From Carcharhinus longimanus (Eukaryota), in NCBI GenBank assembly GCA_030264375.1, contig JASCQW010000081.1:60504224-60568223 (forward strand): a stretch of 64,000 nucleotides of DNA, in the 5' to 3' direction. Numbering within the stretch: position 1 is the stretch's first letter; every line of letters begins with the position of its first letter. The notes beneath the pieces were generated by a model. That model was given only the letters and a program-made list of their open reading frames with translations. It was not told where the DNA came from and searched no databases. A program made the translations under genes and the position numbers. Shown piece by piece: positions 25,076 to 38,420 of this stretch.

Positions 25076-27526
25076 TGGTGACATATGAATAAAATTTTTT
25101 TAAAAGGGTGTAAAAAGACAATTGAAATTTGGGATTTTATACATATGGGCGATATTGCTTTCTGAACCCTTATACATAAGAGTTCAGGAAACAATATTGC
25201 ATTTCCTTGAGCTACTAGCTTAGCCACTGTAGGGAGTATTCCATCGTTATATGCACTCAATTTTAGGTGGGATAGTGGAGCCATCCTATGATCTTGTGGT
25301 TGCAATGAAAATCGACTCAAGGCATATCAGAATAAGAGGTTAAAGCTCTGAACTAAGACTTCTCACAAGACACATAATAGAAGTTTCAACAATTCATAGA
25401 GAAAACTAAAACATTGTTCTAACTGGTTTAAGAAGCAGCAATAAGATGATTCTTACTAGAAGGATAAAGAATGTAGACAGTGGAACTTTTCCAGGGGAGT
25501 TTTGAAACATAGAATGCTTTAGTGACTATCAAGCAGAGACAACAATAAGTACTGAAAAGGAATACACAAAGATAAATAGGGCAAGGAAATTTGATTACAG
25601 TAGATAACATTAGTTCAAAGATTAACACAAGTTGTCTGGACACAATTGACATCTACGCTACAATATAAATAATTCTACAACTTCTTACCAGCCCTGCTTC
25701 GGTCTCTAGTATCTTTCCTAGAAGAAGTGCTTTGTTGCGATCGACAGAATGTCCAGCCGCAAGGTTTCCATTTCCATTTCCCACAAGCCGGGGTTCCAAA
25801 TTCTCCACTGGATCTGTCCCAGGAGAAAGTAATTTGTAAACCTTTGCCCGAAACCATGTTTTAAATTCATCCTGAAACAAAGAAGATAGTTTTCAAAAGC
25901 TCTGACCTAAAAACTGAAGCTTTGACACACATTAAATTACATGCCCATTTTAGACCAAATTTTACTGATATAAGTAACTGCACCTAAACATTGCACATCG
26001 CTATCAATACCACTCACCCCCCACCTTCCCAAGGCCTGAATGGGGAGAGCTGCAGGGCTTCCCTGGTCACTGACCTCTTCCCATTGGCCTCAAGATTGAG
26101 GCAGATGGACATCAACATCAAAAATCAGTGAAGAGCAGAGAACAGACGGGAAAGAAATGGAGAATGATGAGTGGTCATAATGCTAGGATAGGTGACAAAA
26201 GCTGCTGGCCATCATTATGAAATCAAAGACCAAATGAAGATGACACTCAGTACAGCATATACTTCTACCATGTTTTTACATGCCTTATTGATGAAAAAAT
26301 AAATCTTTTCATTAAGAGTTTCCATCTTACTGAAGAGGTTTCATGTCAATCCGCATCCAACAACCTGCTTTGAAAACTTTACTTTTGGTTCTAACAGTTG
26401 TGGCAGTTCCACCACAACAGTTGAGACAATCCATAACATTTTAAAACAATCATTTAAAAAAGAACACTACTCTAAACAAAAGTCAGTTATTTCTAGCTCC
26501 CAAAATTAATAAACCTTTATAAGAAATTCAGAATCCACACCTTTGCCAAAAAACTAGTAATTTCTTTCTTGGGGCATACCCATTTGTGTACCAAGTTTAT
26601 TTGAAATTCATCCATGAATTTTTGAGATGATTTGTTTACAAACAGACTAACATTACCTTTAGTAATGAAGATAATCAGCTGTGGCAGGGTGTTATTTAGC
26701 AGTGTTTAAAAAAAACATTTATTTTATTTCTAATAATTGGAAGCTTTCAAACAGTAGTTGAAGTTGCTCTTTACCTGTAAAACTTAATCAAGATGGCAGC
26801 AGAGCTAGGGAATTGATATAATTTGATGCACAGAGCCACCTTGTGGTCCCAAACCATAATTGCATAATGAAAATAAGTGTCAATTTACAATTGAATGGAA
26901 TGTGTAATAGGAAAAGCTAATGTAAAAACGTCACCAAAGACATAGCATCAGAAAATAAAGTTTGAAAACAGGGAACTGCAACAGAAGGTTTTCAACAAGA
27001 TGATAGTTAATCTCCTCTGGAGCATATATAGCGAGTTAAGATTAAGTGTGCACTTCATGCTAGCTCAGACAAATAATTGAATTAGGATGCATGGATGCAA
27101 TTCAGTTCCTATTTCCACATATTACGTTCCTATTTAAATTAAAAAGCTCAAATTGGTGCACATTACTCCCATAATAAGTTCCATTTGTAATGGAAATTTC
27201 CTGTGTAAGCCTGCATCAACTATATTCTTTCCCTAATGGAAGCATTTTGACCAAAGAAAAAAGTGGCTCTCAGATTTTTCAGAGACATTTTACAGATTGG
27301 ACTGGAATCCACCAAGCAGCCAACATGCAGCATGATAGTTTTATACTGATGAAATCAATTATAAATATGAATATAATTTTACAATAAAATGTGACAAAAA
27401 CACGAAGTTAAATAAGCATAATCAAGGATGCCTACATGTAAGATTTTTAAGGCAGAGATAGGTGTGTACACATTTTACATTTCGTCTCGGGGCAAACTCA
27501 TAAACTAGTTGGGATAAATCAATGAA

Positions 27527-27920
27527 ATCACAGAATATCTACAGTGTTGAAGGAGGCCATTCAGCTCATTGAGTCTGCACCAACTCTCCAACACAGCATC
27601 CCACCCACACCCTGTCTCTGTAAACCCACTTATCCACCCCACTAGTATCTCTAACCTACACATCTTGGGACACTAAGGTGCAATTTAACATGACTAATTC
27701 ACCAAACCTGTATATTTTTGGACGGTGGGAGGAAACCGGAGCACCTGGAGGAAACATGCACAGACATAAGAAATAAGAAATAGGAGCAGGAGTAGGCCAT
27801 CTAGCCCTTTGAGCCTTCCCCGCCATTCAACAAGAAGCCCCAGGCACGGGGAGAACTTGCAAACTACACACAGTCATCCGAGGCCGGAATTGAACCCAGG
27901 TCCCTGGCGATGTAACCACG
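27527..27920 (-). mobile_element. HE1/V-SINE interrupted by a CR1 3'-tail insertion (~27766-27836)
   Basis: SINE sequence ggaaaccggagcacctggaggaaacatgcacaga|...|cacggggagaacttgcaaactacacac is split by cataagaaataagaaataggagcagg. Confidence 0.8.
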
Positions 27921-28204
27921 TGTTTCCCATTTACTTCACTGCGTACTTCAAGTTACAAGTTCCAAAACTTCATGAGGTAATGTTCACTTTTTTTCCAAGG
28001 AAGGATCCAACAGAATGTTATATTCCGCTCATTTTAAAAACACAGTATCACGAAGTTTAGCAATATTTGGCAATAAAGTCTCACCAATCAAGAAAATGAG
28101 CCATCTAGATTAACCTAATTTTTACTTTACTTTAGTGTATATAATACACTAAAACATTAAAAATTCTCAACTGTGTTTAATTTTTAACAAGCAATTCTGC
28201 CCAT

Positions 28205-29060
28205 GACATAGGATGGTTATGGCACAGGAGATCACCATTTGATCTATCCTGTCGTGCTGATTCTCTGTAGGAGCAACTCAGTTAGTCCTATTCCCCTACA
28301 TTTTTTCATAGCCCTGCAATTTTCTTCTGTGTAGATAATTATCCAATTTCTTTTTTGAAGCCACCATTAAATCTGCCTCCACAACACTCAGCCAACACAC
28401 CCCAGATCCAAACTACTTGCTGCTAGAAAATGTTTATTTTAAAGTTGCCTCTAGTTCTTTTGTCAATCACCTTAAATTTGCACCCTCTGGTTCTCAACCC
28501 TTCCGCCAAAAGCGATAGCTTCTTTCTATCACTCTGTCCACATTGACGGCATGGTGACACAGTGGTTAACACTTCTGCCTCTCAGCGCCAGAGACTCAGG
28601 TTCAATTCTCAGCTTGGGTCACTGCCTGTGTTGAGTTTGCACATTCTCCCAGTCTCTGTATTGGTTTCTCTGGGTGCTCTGGTTTCCTCCCACAGTCCAA
28701 AGGTATGCGGGTTAGGTGGAATGGCCATGCTAAATTACCCCCTAGTGTCAGGGGGACTAGCTAGGGTAAATGCATGGAGTTATGGAGATAGGGCCTGGGT
28801 CAGATTTTGATTGGTACAGACTCAATGGACCAAATAGCCTCCTCCGGCACTGTAGGATTCTATGCCTCATGATTTTGAACACCTCCAAAGCCCCTCTCAA
28901 CCTTCTTTTTTCTAAGAACAGGCCCAGTTTCACTGATATATCCATTTAACTGAGATCTCTTATCACAGAACCATTCTCATTAATATTTTCTGCACTCTTT
29001 CTTAATATATTCACATCCTTCCTAAAGTTTGGTTCCAGAATTAGACCCAATAATCCTGTG
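28205..29060 (-). mobile_element. CR1 LINE 3' fragment with a nested HE1 SINE
   Basis: Antisense CR1 (gcaccctctggttctc...ctatcactctgtcca|...|cctcatgattttgaacacctc...tcctaaagtttggttccagaatt). Confidence 0.7.
28547..28865 (+). mobile_element. HE1/V-SINE with CR1-type tail
   Basis: cggcatggtgacacagtggttaacac...ggttcaattc...cactgtaggattctatg. Confidence 0.85.
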
Positions 29061-29322
29061 GACTCTGAATAACTTCTCTGCGTTAAACTTAATCTGCATG
29101 TGTCCTGTCATGCTTGAGTCACTTACCTGTGAATGTATGGAAACAATAAACATTTTTACTATTTAAAGGAACATAGAATATGGACAATTTACCTCGAAAA
29201 AAGTGAACTCCAGAGGATCAGGTGACTTTGTTGTTTCAATACAGACAAGGATAGACACATCTGAGCAAACCTCTAGAATGGCATTAAATTGTAAATGTCC
29301 TTGGAGGAGCTTCCATTGAAGT

Positions 29323-29480
29323 GTCCGAAAGACATGTTGATTAGGTGCATTAGCCATGCTAAATTCTCCCTCAGCGCACCTGAACAGATGCTGGAGTGTG
29401 GTAATTAGGGGATTTTCACAGTAACTTCATTGCAGTGTTAATGCAAGTCTGCTTATGACACTAATAAACAAAATATAAAC
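29323..29480 (+). mobile_element. V-SINE 3' half (alternative tail)
   Basis: gtccgaaagacatgttgattaggtgcattagccatgctaaattctcc...gtaacttcattgcagtgttaatg. Confidence 0.75.
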
Positions 29481-30799
29481 TTAAATAAAATGACTGTTAG
29501 ACTTGCTGACCACATGAAGGTGGAATTACAAATAAAAACATTTTGCAACCTGTTCATGGTTGGAATGTCGATGGATTATCAAAGATCCAACTTGTATAAT
29601 TTGCAATGAAGTCTCTCTATGCAGCCTCCTGGAGCCAGTTTTCATAATGCCAGTCAAACAGGTAGATTCAAATGGAGATTCTGCATGTACCTACTCCTCC
29701 AATCACAGCTGGGGGCAAGGGAGCATGAGATTGGGGGGCGGAATTTCACCAAAGCCTTTGTACCTCTACCATGTCGCTGCCCCAAGCCCTGGTACAGAGA
29801 AACCTAGGCTCTGGCGGGTGGCAAAGACCCATTGCATCCAATGCCTCTAGACATCCTCAATGAACACAAGACCAGTGATCGGAGTCTTCAAACAACCCCA
29901 GGTCTCCAAGACCAGATACAATGTGCGCCTTCGAACTTGAAACATTTCAAAACAAAATTGTGAAAGCATGGCAGCCAGTTCTCAAATTTGGTTGGTAATT
30001 CAACCATAGCTCTCGTTGGGAGACCTGGCGCATGGATATTTCTTCTCTGGCCCTATTTCCCTAAATCGACCCAGATGTTCGACATACCATACAGCAGGAT
30101 TTCCAAGGATGAAGCTGAGCCCCAATTGAGGAAACTGACCTCTCACCTTGCAGGATTCTCTTCTCCACTTCATCCAGTTTCTTTAAGATTTCTCACGGTT
30201 CATCAATGTGAATACCAATAATCTGTGCCAATAAGCCATGACCATCATCCACAACTTCACTCCAATGACAGCCTTCATCTCGATGCTTACAGCACTACCA
30301 AAGTATAGGCCTGCTCATCAGCAAAACTCCCACAATGAAGTGGACCCCACCCCAGCCGTAACTGACTGCTTCAATCAAACAAGGATTTTCTTGATTTAAC
30401 TCAACTCCCCAATGCCAAAATTTAGCCAGGATCTTCCAGGAACATAGCACAGGTTATACACATCAGGATCAAATAATTATGGATTGTGCATCAGGATTAA
30501 AAAAACCCGAAAAGATGAGTGGCGCCAGAGATTGCAAAAATGCAGCCACTTCGTGCTTACATCACCCCACTCCCCTCCCCCGCCATTGTTTTTTGAACAG
30601 TCCAATAACAATTTGCACTTTAAAGCATCCCACAATTTGACAACAAAACAGCAAGTGGCGCAGGATATGTATTTTCACTCTATGTGAAGTTTTTTATCTC
30701 TATCAGCCATCCACCCATTCCATTCAATATGAACATGATCCTTGAATCTAAATGTTGAATTACAGATTTAAGACCCACCAAGTAAAATTGAAATTTGGG

Positions 30800-31620
30800 T
30801 ATTATTTTTTCACAGTCGCATCTTGATGTCTTTGATTATATGGGATTTGATGCCCCACGTTGAGAAGCTGCATTCTGTGGAAAAGCCACAAGGACACGTA
30901 TTCTACATGTTAGCAATATACAATTTCATTCTACTCTCATCCAACAAACCTCTGTCGTGAACATGCACAAAAACTCCTGCTAGGAACTTGATTTTTGGCA
31001 TGGTTTTACATTTAAAATTACTGTAGGCTTTAATTTTGTTTTCCCGGGCATGAAGACTAGAATCACCGTGAATCTCATCTTCCTGTGGTTTTCATTAGAA
31101 TTGTTTTCAAGTCTTTCCACTGCTGGGCATATTGAAATGAATGGTTGTTTCTTCCATGATGCCGATGTGGCATAATGGGTGCTCATGTTTGTGCCACTAT
31201 CTGATGAAGAATTGTAGGAAACTAGCAATTTTAGATATCATGATCTTCCACCAAAACACTAGACACTTTCATTCCATAAAGTGGCTACAACTAGCTGGTG
31301 CTCTTTAATCTTTACTAGACTCAGGCTTTGATTTGTCCCTCTTAAGTGCACATATATGGTGACACCATTAACATTCTGATATATGCTTCTCAAGATCAGA
31401 CCAGTAGCTGATTGCTATTCTCATGGTGCATTTATTCTTGGGCGTCTTCTTTAGGACAGATCCCTCCTTTTTCAATTCGTGCACCAGTTTTTCACTAACA
31501 CTAAATTCCCTTGCTGCAACATAGTTATTTAACAAATGTTTTGCAAATGTTGCAACTTTTAGCTTGAAACTTCATTCTTGCAAAGGACCCATTTCTGTTC
31601 ATCATTTGCCACGTATGCTC
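30800..31620 (-). mobile_element. pogo/Tigger (POGK-like) DNA transposase remnant
   Basis: Reverse strand gives FKLKVATFAKHLLNNYVAAREFSVSEKLVHELKK (Brinker-like HTH) and KMRFTVILVFMPGKTKLKPTVIL (pogo DDE-region motif), with stops and frameshifts. Confidence 0.7.
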
Positions 31621-32042
31621 AATTCTGCGTGGGCGTATTGTCAGAAAGCATGGGCAGTTTTATGTAGTCTATGCTTGTATTGTTGGATATTATAGATTTA
31701 AGTGAGGTTAATTTAATCTTTCTGTGTAAGGGTGAAAATTCGAATTAAATTCATGTTAAACAAAAGTGCTTGCATGTATGGGGGTTTTAGTTTAATTTCA
31801 GACTGTGCTTGCTTGCATTGTGCTAAAATAGTTTATGACGCAGGAAGCAAACAAATGTAAAGAAGGATGGAGCTGTTGATTAACAACTAGGGACCATCTT
31901 TAGGTTAGGAAGGACTTTTGCGTTTAATTTTAACTGGATCCAAGGCAATTGGAGCTAGGTAGAGAGAGAAATGGCAGCTCTCACAGAAAGAAGTCTCACA
32001 ACACCAGGTTAAAGTCCAACAAGTTTATTTGGTAGCAAAAGC

Positions 32043-32080
32043 CACTAGCTTTCGCAGCACTGCCCCTTCGTCAGGTAAGT
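32043..32080 (-). ncRNA. Hammerhead motif, degenerate stem II
   Basis: Reverse strand: uac-CUGACGA-aggggcagugcugc-GAAA-gcUA-gugg. Confidence 0.5.
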
Positions 32081-32817
32081 GGGAGTTTTGTTCACAAACA
32101 GGGCATATAAAGACATAAATTCAATTTACAAGATAATGGTTGGAATGCGAGTCTTTACAGCTAATCAAGTCTTAAAGGTACAGACAATGAGTGTGGAGAG
32201 AGCATTAAGCACAGGTTAAACAGATGTGTATTGTCTCCAGACAGGACAGTTAGAGAGATTTTGCAAGCATAGGCAAGTCGTGGGGGTTACAGATAGTGTG
32301 ACATGAATCCAAGATCCTGGTCCAGGGCGTCCCCATGTGTGTGGACCTTGGCTATCAGTCTCTGCTTAGTGACTCTGCATTGTTGTGTATCGTGAAGGCC
32401 AGCTTGGGGAACACTTACCCGAAGATCAGAGGCTGAATGCCTGCGACCGCTGAAGTGTTCTCCAACAGGAAGAGAACACTCTTGCCTGGTGATTGTCAAG
32501 CAATGTTCATTGAACACATGACAATGCAGAGTCGCTGAGCAGAGACTGATAGCCAAGCTCCACACTCAAAGACGGCCTCAATCGGGATCTTGGGTTCATG
32601 TCACACTATCTGTAACCCCCACAGCTTGCCTGGGCTTGCAAAATCTCACCAACTGTCCTGTCTGGAGACAATACAAACTCTTTAACCTGTGCTTAATGCT
32701 CTCTCCACTCACATTGTCTGTACCTTTGAGACTTGATTATCTGTAAAGACTTGCATTCCAACCATTATTTTGTAAATTGAATTTGTGTCTTTATATGCCG
32801 TTTGTGAACAGAACTTC

Positions 32818-32857
32818 CACTTACCTGACGAAGGTGCAGCGCTCCGAAAGCTAGTGG
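32818..32857 (+). ncRNA. Minimal type I hammerhead ribozyme motif (PLE-associated)
   Basis: uac-CUGACGA-a-ggugc-agc-gcucc-GAAA-gc-UA-gug: both core boxes, stem II with one mismatch, palindromic mini stem III. Confidence 0.65.
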
Positions 32858-35800
32858 CTTTTGCTACCAAATAAACCTGTTGGACTTTAACCTGGTGTTG
32901 TGATGCTTCTTACTGTGTTTACCCCAGTCCAACGCTGGCATCTCCACATCATTAAAAAAGGCACAGTGCTTGAGATCAATGATGGATAACATAAATAGGT
33001 TTAATTCTTTTTTTTTCAGTCTGGTTTTATTTGATTAATTAGTCAATATATTAACTTATCTCATGCATTGAAAAGCAATGATGTGCAACTATTTCATCTT
33101 TAGACTGGGAATGTCAAACTGGTTTAGAATCAACTATTACATTGTACACACACAAAGAGGGTGATAAACCTTGTAATGTCCCATTACAAGGTTCAAGAAT
33201 CATGTTAATAAAAAGTTCAGTGCTACAACAGCCATGTAAGCAAAATGAAATTTGAGCCTGACCACGTGCCTCTTGAAAAGACTCTGAAACTTGCCAAGGA
33301 CAAAGGTGACACTGTAACGTGAATCCTGAAAGAATATCTGTTTCCTTGGTTTCCAGTTCAGTGCCAGATTATATATCTGGTCTGTCATTACCACTGTAAA
33401 CCACCGGATGGCAATGGTGAACAGTTTGGGGAACAATAATTGCATCAACGTCTGAAAAATTTCTGCATCCAGCATCAAAACAATAGTGACCAAACAGCCA
33501 AGTTCCAATCCTTTATACAACATTCGTTACCACAAAGAGGCCTATTTGTAAGATGATAATTCCCAGAGATATTTGACATGTGTCAAGAGTAAGATTGTTT
33601 ACTGGCTTCAATTGAGGCTTATCATTCAAGAGCAAATACATCCTTGATAAATAAGGAGGATTTGCAATATCTCATCAAGATGCTCACTTGAGCCAACTCC
33701 CCAATTAAGTGCAGAGAAGCAATCGCTGCAGCCACAAATAGGCACCTGTAACAAATGTAATTTTTAAATCCCCTTGGAGCAGATGCGAGCTCAAAAGGGA
33801 ATAAATTATTCTGGTATTTCCTTCGCAAGGTGTGAAACATCTGGAACTCATTGTGTGGTGGTCAAATCAGTAGAGCATCTGTGCATTTGAGGTTTATTGT
33901 GGCCAGCCAATTTAACAGAGCACACAACAACAAAAGTTCCAAATTTTTCTTTTTGGTCAAATTTTATTTATTGGTTCCAGCTTCAAGAAAGTATTATCCT
34001 CACTTTTTGACAGGAAATGTGAGAGAAAGAATAGAAAAACACTAATTATCAGGAGTAAAACATTCTTTTCTGGTCTGCTGGAAGCTCTTGCATGACAACA
34101 GTGTTGAGTGCTCACTTCAGCTGTGGGAACATTAGGATAATTGCACAATAACAATTTTAAAGAACTTGAAGAATCCTGACTCCAAATACAAATCCTGAAA
34201 ACTGTCTCTCTCAGCTATTGTTTTATATGAACCATTAAGGGAGGCACTGAACCCACAAAGCACTTTCCTATATGAGAACACAATTCTTGCACAACAGTGC
34301 CTTAGGAATGATGGGCCTGCAATGCAAACTTAGCAGATGTTGACTCCTATCCTGGAGGTTTTAATGCTAGCGCCTACTTCCATAATCTTTGTTAAAGACT
34401 CTCAGGCAGATTGCTAACCATACTATCCTTCAATAATAAGCACTTGAAGCAGCAGACATGACTGTCAGCAATGAAAGCTGAGAACATAAAGCAAAGGTTT
34501 CAACATTATCTCCAAAAATGACAGGTGCTGTGAAATATCAAGACATCTTGACTAAAAAGGATTACATATCTAATCCCCTCTATACTACACGATCCAAAGC
34601 ATTTCCATATTTCTTCTTCTCCCTCCACTTGACTGGCCTCCTTAACAACTGTGATGTGGGTCAGTTTGTTCATCCATCCTCCAGGCTTTGCCTTCATCTA
34701 AATAGGCATAAAAACTCATAATTGATGGATATAGACAACAGCAGAGTCTCTTCCAGGACTGCATCTGTAGTCCCTTATTCTGTGACCTGCAGTAACATCC
34801 TGCTGCACCTGACCATTAGCCAAACTGGTATCACTTCTGAATCCGAGGGATGGGATTGGTTCCTGGATCAACTTGTCCAGATGACTCCCACCCTCCCAAT
34901 ACCCAATGATATTGTTGAACTCCAGCTCCACAACTTCAAGCTGAAGTTCCTCAAGATGCTAAAGGTGTAGTTATCTGGGATAATATCTCAAGATAATCTG
35001 GCACGTTGCAGTTTGGCAGACCATATGTACTTCCATCCTTGTTTTAAATTAAAGACAGACTGAATAAAATACCTTCACATAACACAAAACACATGTATTG
35101 GTAGCAAAAAGCAGCATCCTCTGCACTGAAGTTCCACTTACGCCAAATTCTCTCTTTTGCACTCTCTTTGCAATGCACCTTGCAACCGCTGTGGTTAAAT
35201 ATATAATTTCGTGCAAAATATTCTATGAAAATTCTATTACATTTGATTCAACATGGATCAAGAACAAAAGTAATCAATCACAAGTGCATACCAGAGCACT
35301 ATACTGAGAATGATATATTCACTCAGCCCTTGCCTTAATTGCTAAACTCAGAACTCTTATAATTAACTCAAACCTTCCATTTCTAAAAGAAACTAACCAA
35401 TTTTAAATCCAAGCAGTTGTCAATATTACATCTAATTGCAACAGTTTGTTATAACTAGGGTATCATTCTTAAAGGGACTGTCCCATATTTAAGCCCTATT
35501 GCAGGTGTCACAAGTTTTTCTTTAAAATTGTCCTGAATTTTCTGCCTCCTCCGATCTATTGCATTTCATAACACATGCTTTTCCACCACAGCTTCTGTTA
35601 AACAAGTGTTTTTCCAGTCATAAAGGCAGTTTGGTCATCTGAAAAAAATCACACCACTATTTTTTGACCATGAAGACTACTTTCTCGCGCACGTGATTTC
35701 TGACCAGGGATATATTGTATTCTACTACAAGTGGACCTTTTGAAAAATTGCTTCAAGTCAGAAATACTGTCCACAAGAAACACTGCACTGAGGAGGACGG

Positions 35801-37199
35801 CAAGCTGAGGACAGGCCAGATACTTATAAAGAATAATACAATTTCATAAGTATATAATTACATTTTTTAAATCAATGTTACAATAATGGAGTACTTTTTA
35901 ATGGGGGCTCAGTGAACTTATTCATAATTTCAACTTTTGTGCAGCAGATTGATTGTCTTTGAATTCACTTGAATGAGTAATTTTACTACATGTCTTATAT
36001 TCAGCACATGGAAATATGGTCACCAGCTTTACAATGCAGATGCCAATATATTAACTTCTGATCATTAATGCTCAGCACATCCCTATAATTCATGACATTA
36101 TTGCACTTGAACATGTCAAAATGGTGCTTTTCTCATCTTGTCAGAGGAATAAAACACAGCTACAAATCACAGATTTCTGAATGAAATTATTCCATAACAG
36201 TTAAATTTAAACACACAATGAACAACAAAGCAGAGTTAACCCAATATTTATACTCAAGGAAATTGGCTGGATACAAAATATATACATTTACATTACAACT
36301 AGAAGGAGATCTTTGTGAAATTAATTCATCAGGCATAAATATGAACTTCAAAGAAAAACTATGTTGCAGTTCTTGACCAGGGATTGTTTCCAGAATATAT
36401 ATACTTTTAATATCATCTATACTGGTGTCTATTAAGTGAAAGAATATTAACATACAAAGCAATATCCACTTACGAAGTCACATTAAATACATTTTAAAAA
36501 TGCATGCACAAGTTAAACATGGAAAATATATGCCTGTCGAATTTAAGCGCAACTGGGCCAGAAATCCTTTATTTAATCATTAATTCTGTTTAAAATATAT
36601 TTTGACATTTTTACTCAGCAAATCAAGTTAATTTGCTGATGGTCTTTGTGGAATAGCACATTAAGTTGTATTAAACTTATTCCATTAAATTTAAATAAAC
36701 ATTTCATTACTTGAAAACTTGTATTCTTGCTTGGGGATTAAAATAAATATCACCAACACTGAAGACTCGGGAGTGTGAGCGCAAAAATGAGTAGGAAATG
36801 TAAATTACCAATAAACAGATCCTTCTGAGATGCACATCACTGAAGCATACTTGCTTTCTCCCCTGGCAAAAAGTGCAGTGACTTTGTTCATGAAAAAGTG
36901 GTTTATTTAGCTGTAATTCATTTATGTACAATCAATTATTGCTGTTTATGTAAAATACAATTTCTATCGGTTACAATTTTAATGGTGTTATTTCATATTA
37001 GAAAACGAGTAATATAATGAAGTGCCTGCCAATGTTTACACCAGTTAAAAGGGACCATGACATATTTATACAACATTGGTTTCATTTCTTTAAACATCAA
37101 TAACTGAACTTTAGAATGGTGCAAGCCTTATAGAAATGAAAGCTGTTATACATAACTGAAATCAATTAAAATGAATGATTTCCACAAATATAAAGTAAA

Positions 37200-37488
37200 A
37201 TTTAAAGTTTATTTTATAAAGTTGATTTATTAGTCACAAGTAAGGCTTACATCAACACTGCAAAGAAGTTATTGTGAAATTCCCCCAGTCATCACAGTCC
37301 GGCACCTGTTCGGGTCAATGCACTAACCAGCACGTCTTTCAGAACGTGGATGGAAACTGAAGCACCCAGAGGAAACCTATGCAGACACAGGGAGAACATG
37401 CAAACTCCACACAGACAGTGACTGAAGCCAGGAGTCGAATTCAGGTCCCTGGCGCTGTGAAGTAGTAGTGCTAACCACGGAGCCATCT
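37200..37488 (-). mobile_element. V-SINE (alternative tail)
   Basis: ggaaactgaagcacccagaggaaacc...caaactccacacagacagtgac...gctaaccac. Confidence 0.8.
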
Positions 37489-37519
37489 TGCTCTATGGTC
37501 TATAATGATGCATCAGAAT

Positions 37520-38420
37520 TTACTGATTCCTTTGGTGCCCAAAAACTTAATTGATCTCTGTCCTGAATAGCCAATAGCTCATATCCATAAGTTTTTAGGA
37601 TACAGGATTCCAAAGATAAATGATCCTTTGAATAAAGTTTCTCCTCATCTCAATCCTAAATTGCCATAGTTTCATCCTGGGACAATGACCCCTAGTGCTC
37701 CAAGCAGGGGAAAATAGCCTCGTAGCACCGTCAGTCAAGTCCGCGAAGAATCAAACATTTCAATGAATTACTGCTCATTCTTCAGAACTCCAGAGAATAA
37801 AAGCCAGAACGACTCAACATTTCCTCATGGGACAGCCCTTTCATCACAGGAAGCAATCTTGTGAACCTTTATGCACCCACTAAGCAAAGTACATCTGTCC
37901 TTAAGCAAGGAGAAAGTGCACATGTACTCCAAGTGTGACCTCAGTAAAGTCCAACATAATTGCAGTAAGACTTCCTTATGATACTCCAACTCCCTTGCAG
38001 ACAAGGCTAGGGAATGATTTGTCTTCCCAATTACTTGCTGCAATGGCATGTTAACTTTCTGTGATTCATACGTGTGAACTTTTAAACCCTTCCAAATGCC
38101 AACATGTACGAGTTTCTTATCTTTCAAATATTTTGTTTTCTCTTTCTTCCTACCAAAATCGATAATTTCACAAGTCCCCATAATATACATCATCTGTGAT
38201 TTTCTGATCCAATGGATTGTCTTTTGCAAACTTTGTCTTCCTCACAAATTGGTATTCCATCTATCTTCAGAATGTCAGCAAATATAGAACATACTGCCCT
38301 CAGTCCCCCTAAAGTCACTGGCGTACATGCGACCCAATATGTTAGACTGCAAGATGGATTCTTGTAGCATTGGGCTAGTTACACTCTACCTTCCTGAAAA
38401 TTACTCGTTTCTTCCTGCTC
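37520..38420 (-). mobile_element. CR1 LINE RT fragment, decayed
   Basis: ORF 37825..38229: CEIIDFGRK...QQVIGKTNHSLAL...KEVLLQLCWTLLRSHLEY. Confidence 0.75.

Larger units (their letters stand above)
31989..32952. mobile_element. Penelope-like element with long inverted arms (fold-back), GIY-YIG C-terminus and hammerhead motifs
   Basis: ~400-bp arms 31989-32390 and ~32515-32912 are reverse complements; ORF 32287..32565 has RQECSLPVGEHFSGRRHSASDLRVSV...QRLIAKVHTHGDALDQDLGFMSHYL. Confidence 0.85.

Noticed and set aside
33200-35000. Possible coding remnants (also 29740-30290 and 60600-61000)
   Set aside because: They are probably very old LINE debris; I recognised no diagnostic motif or splice-consistent frame.
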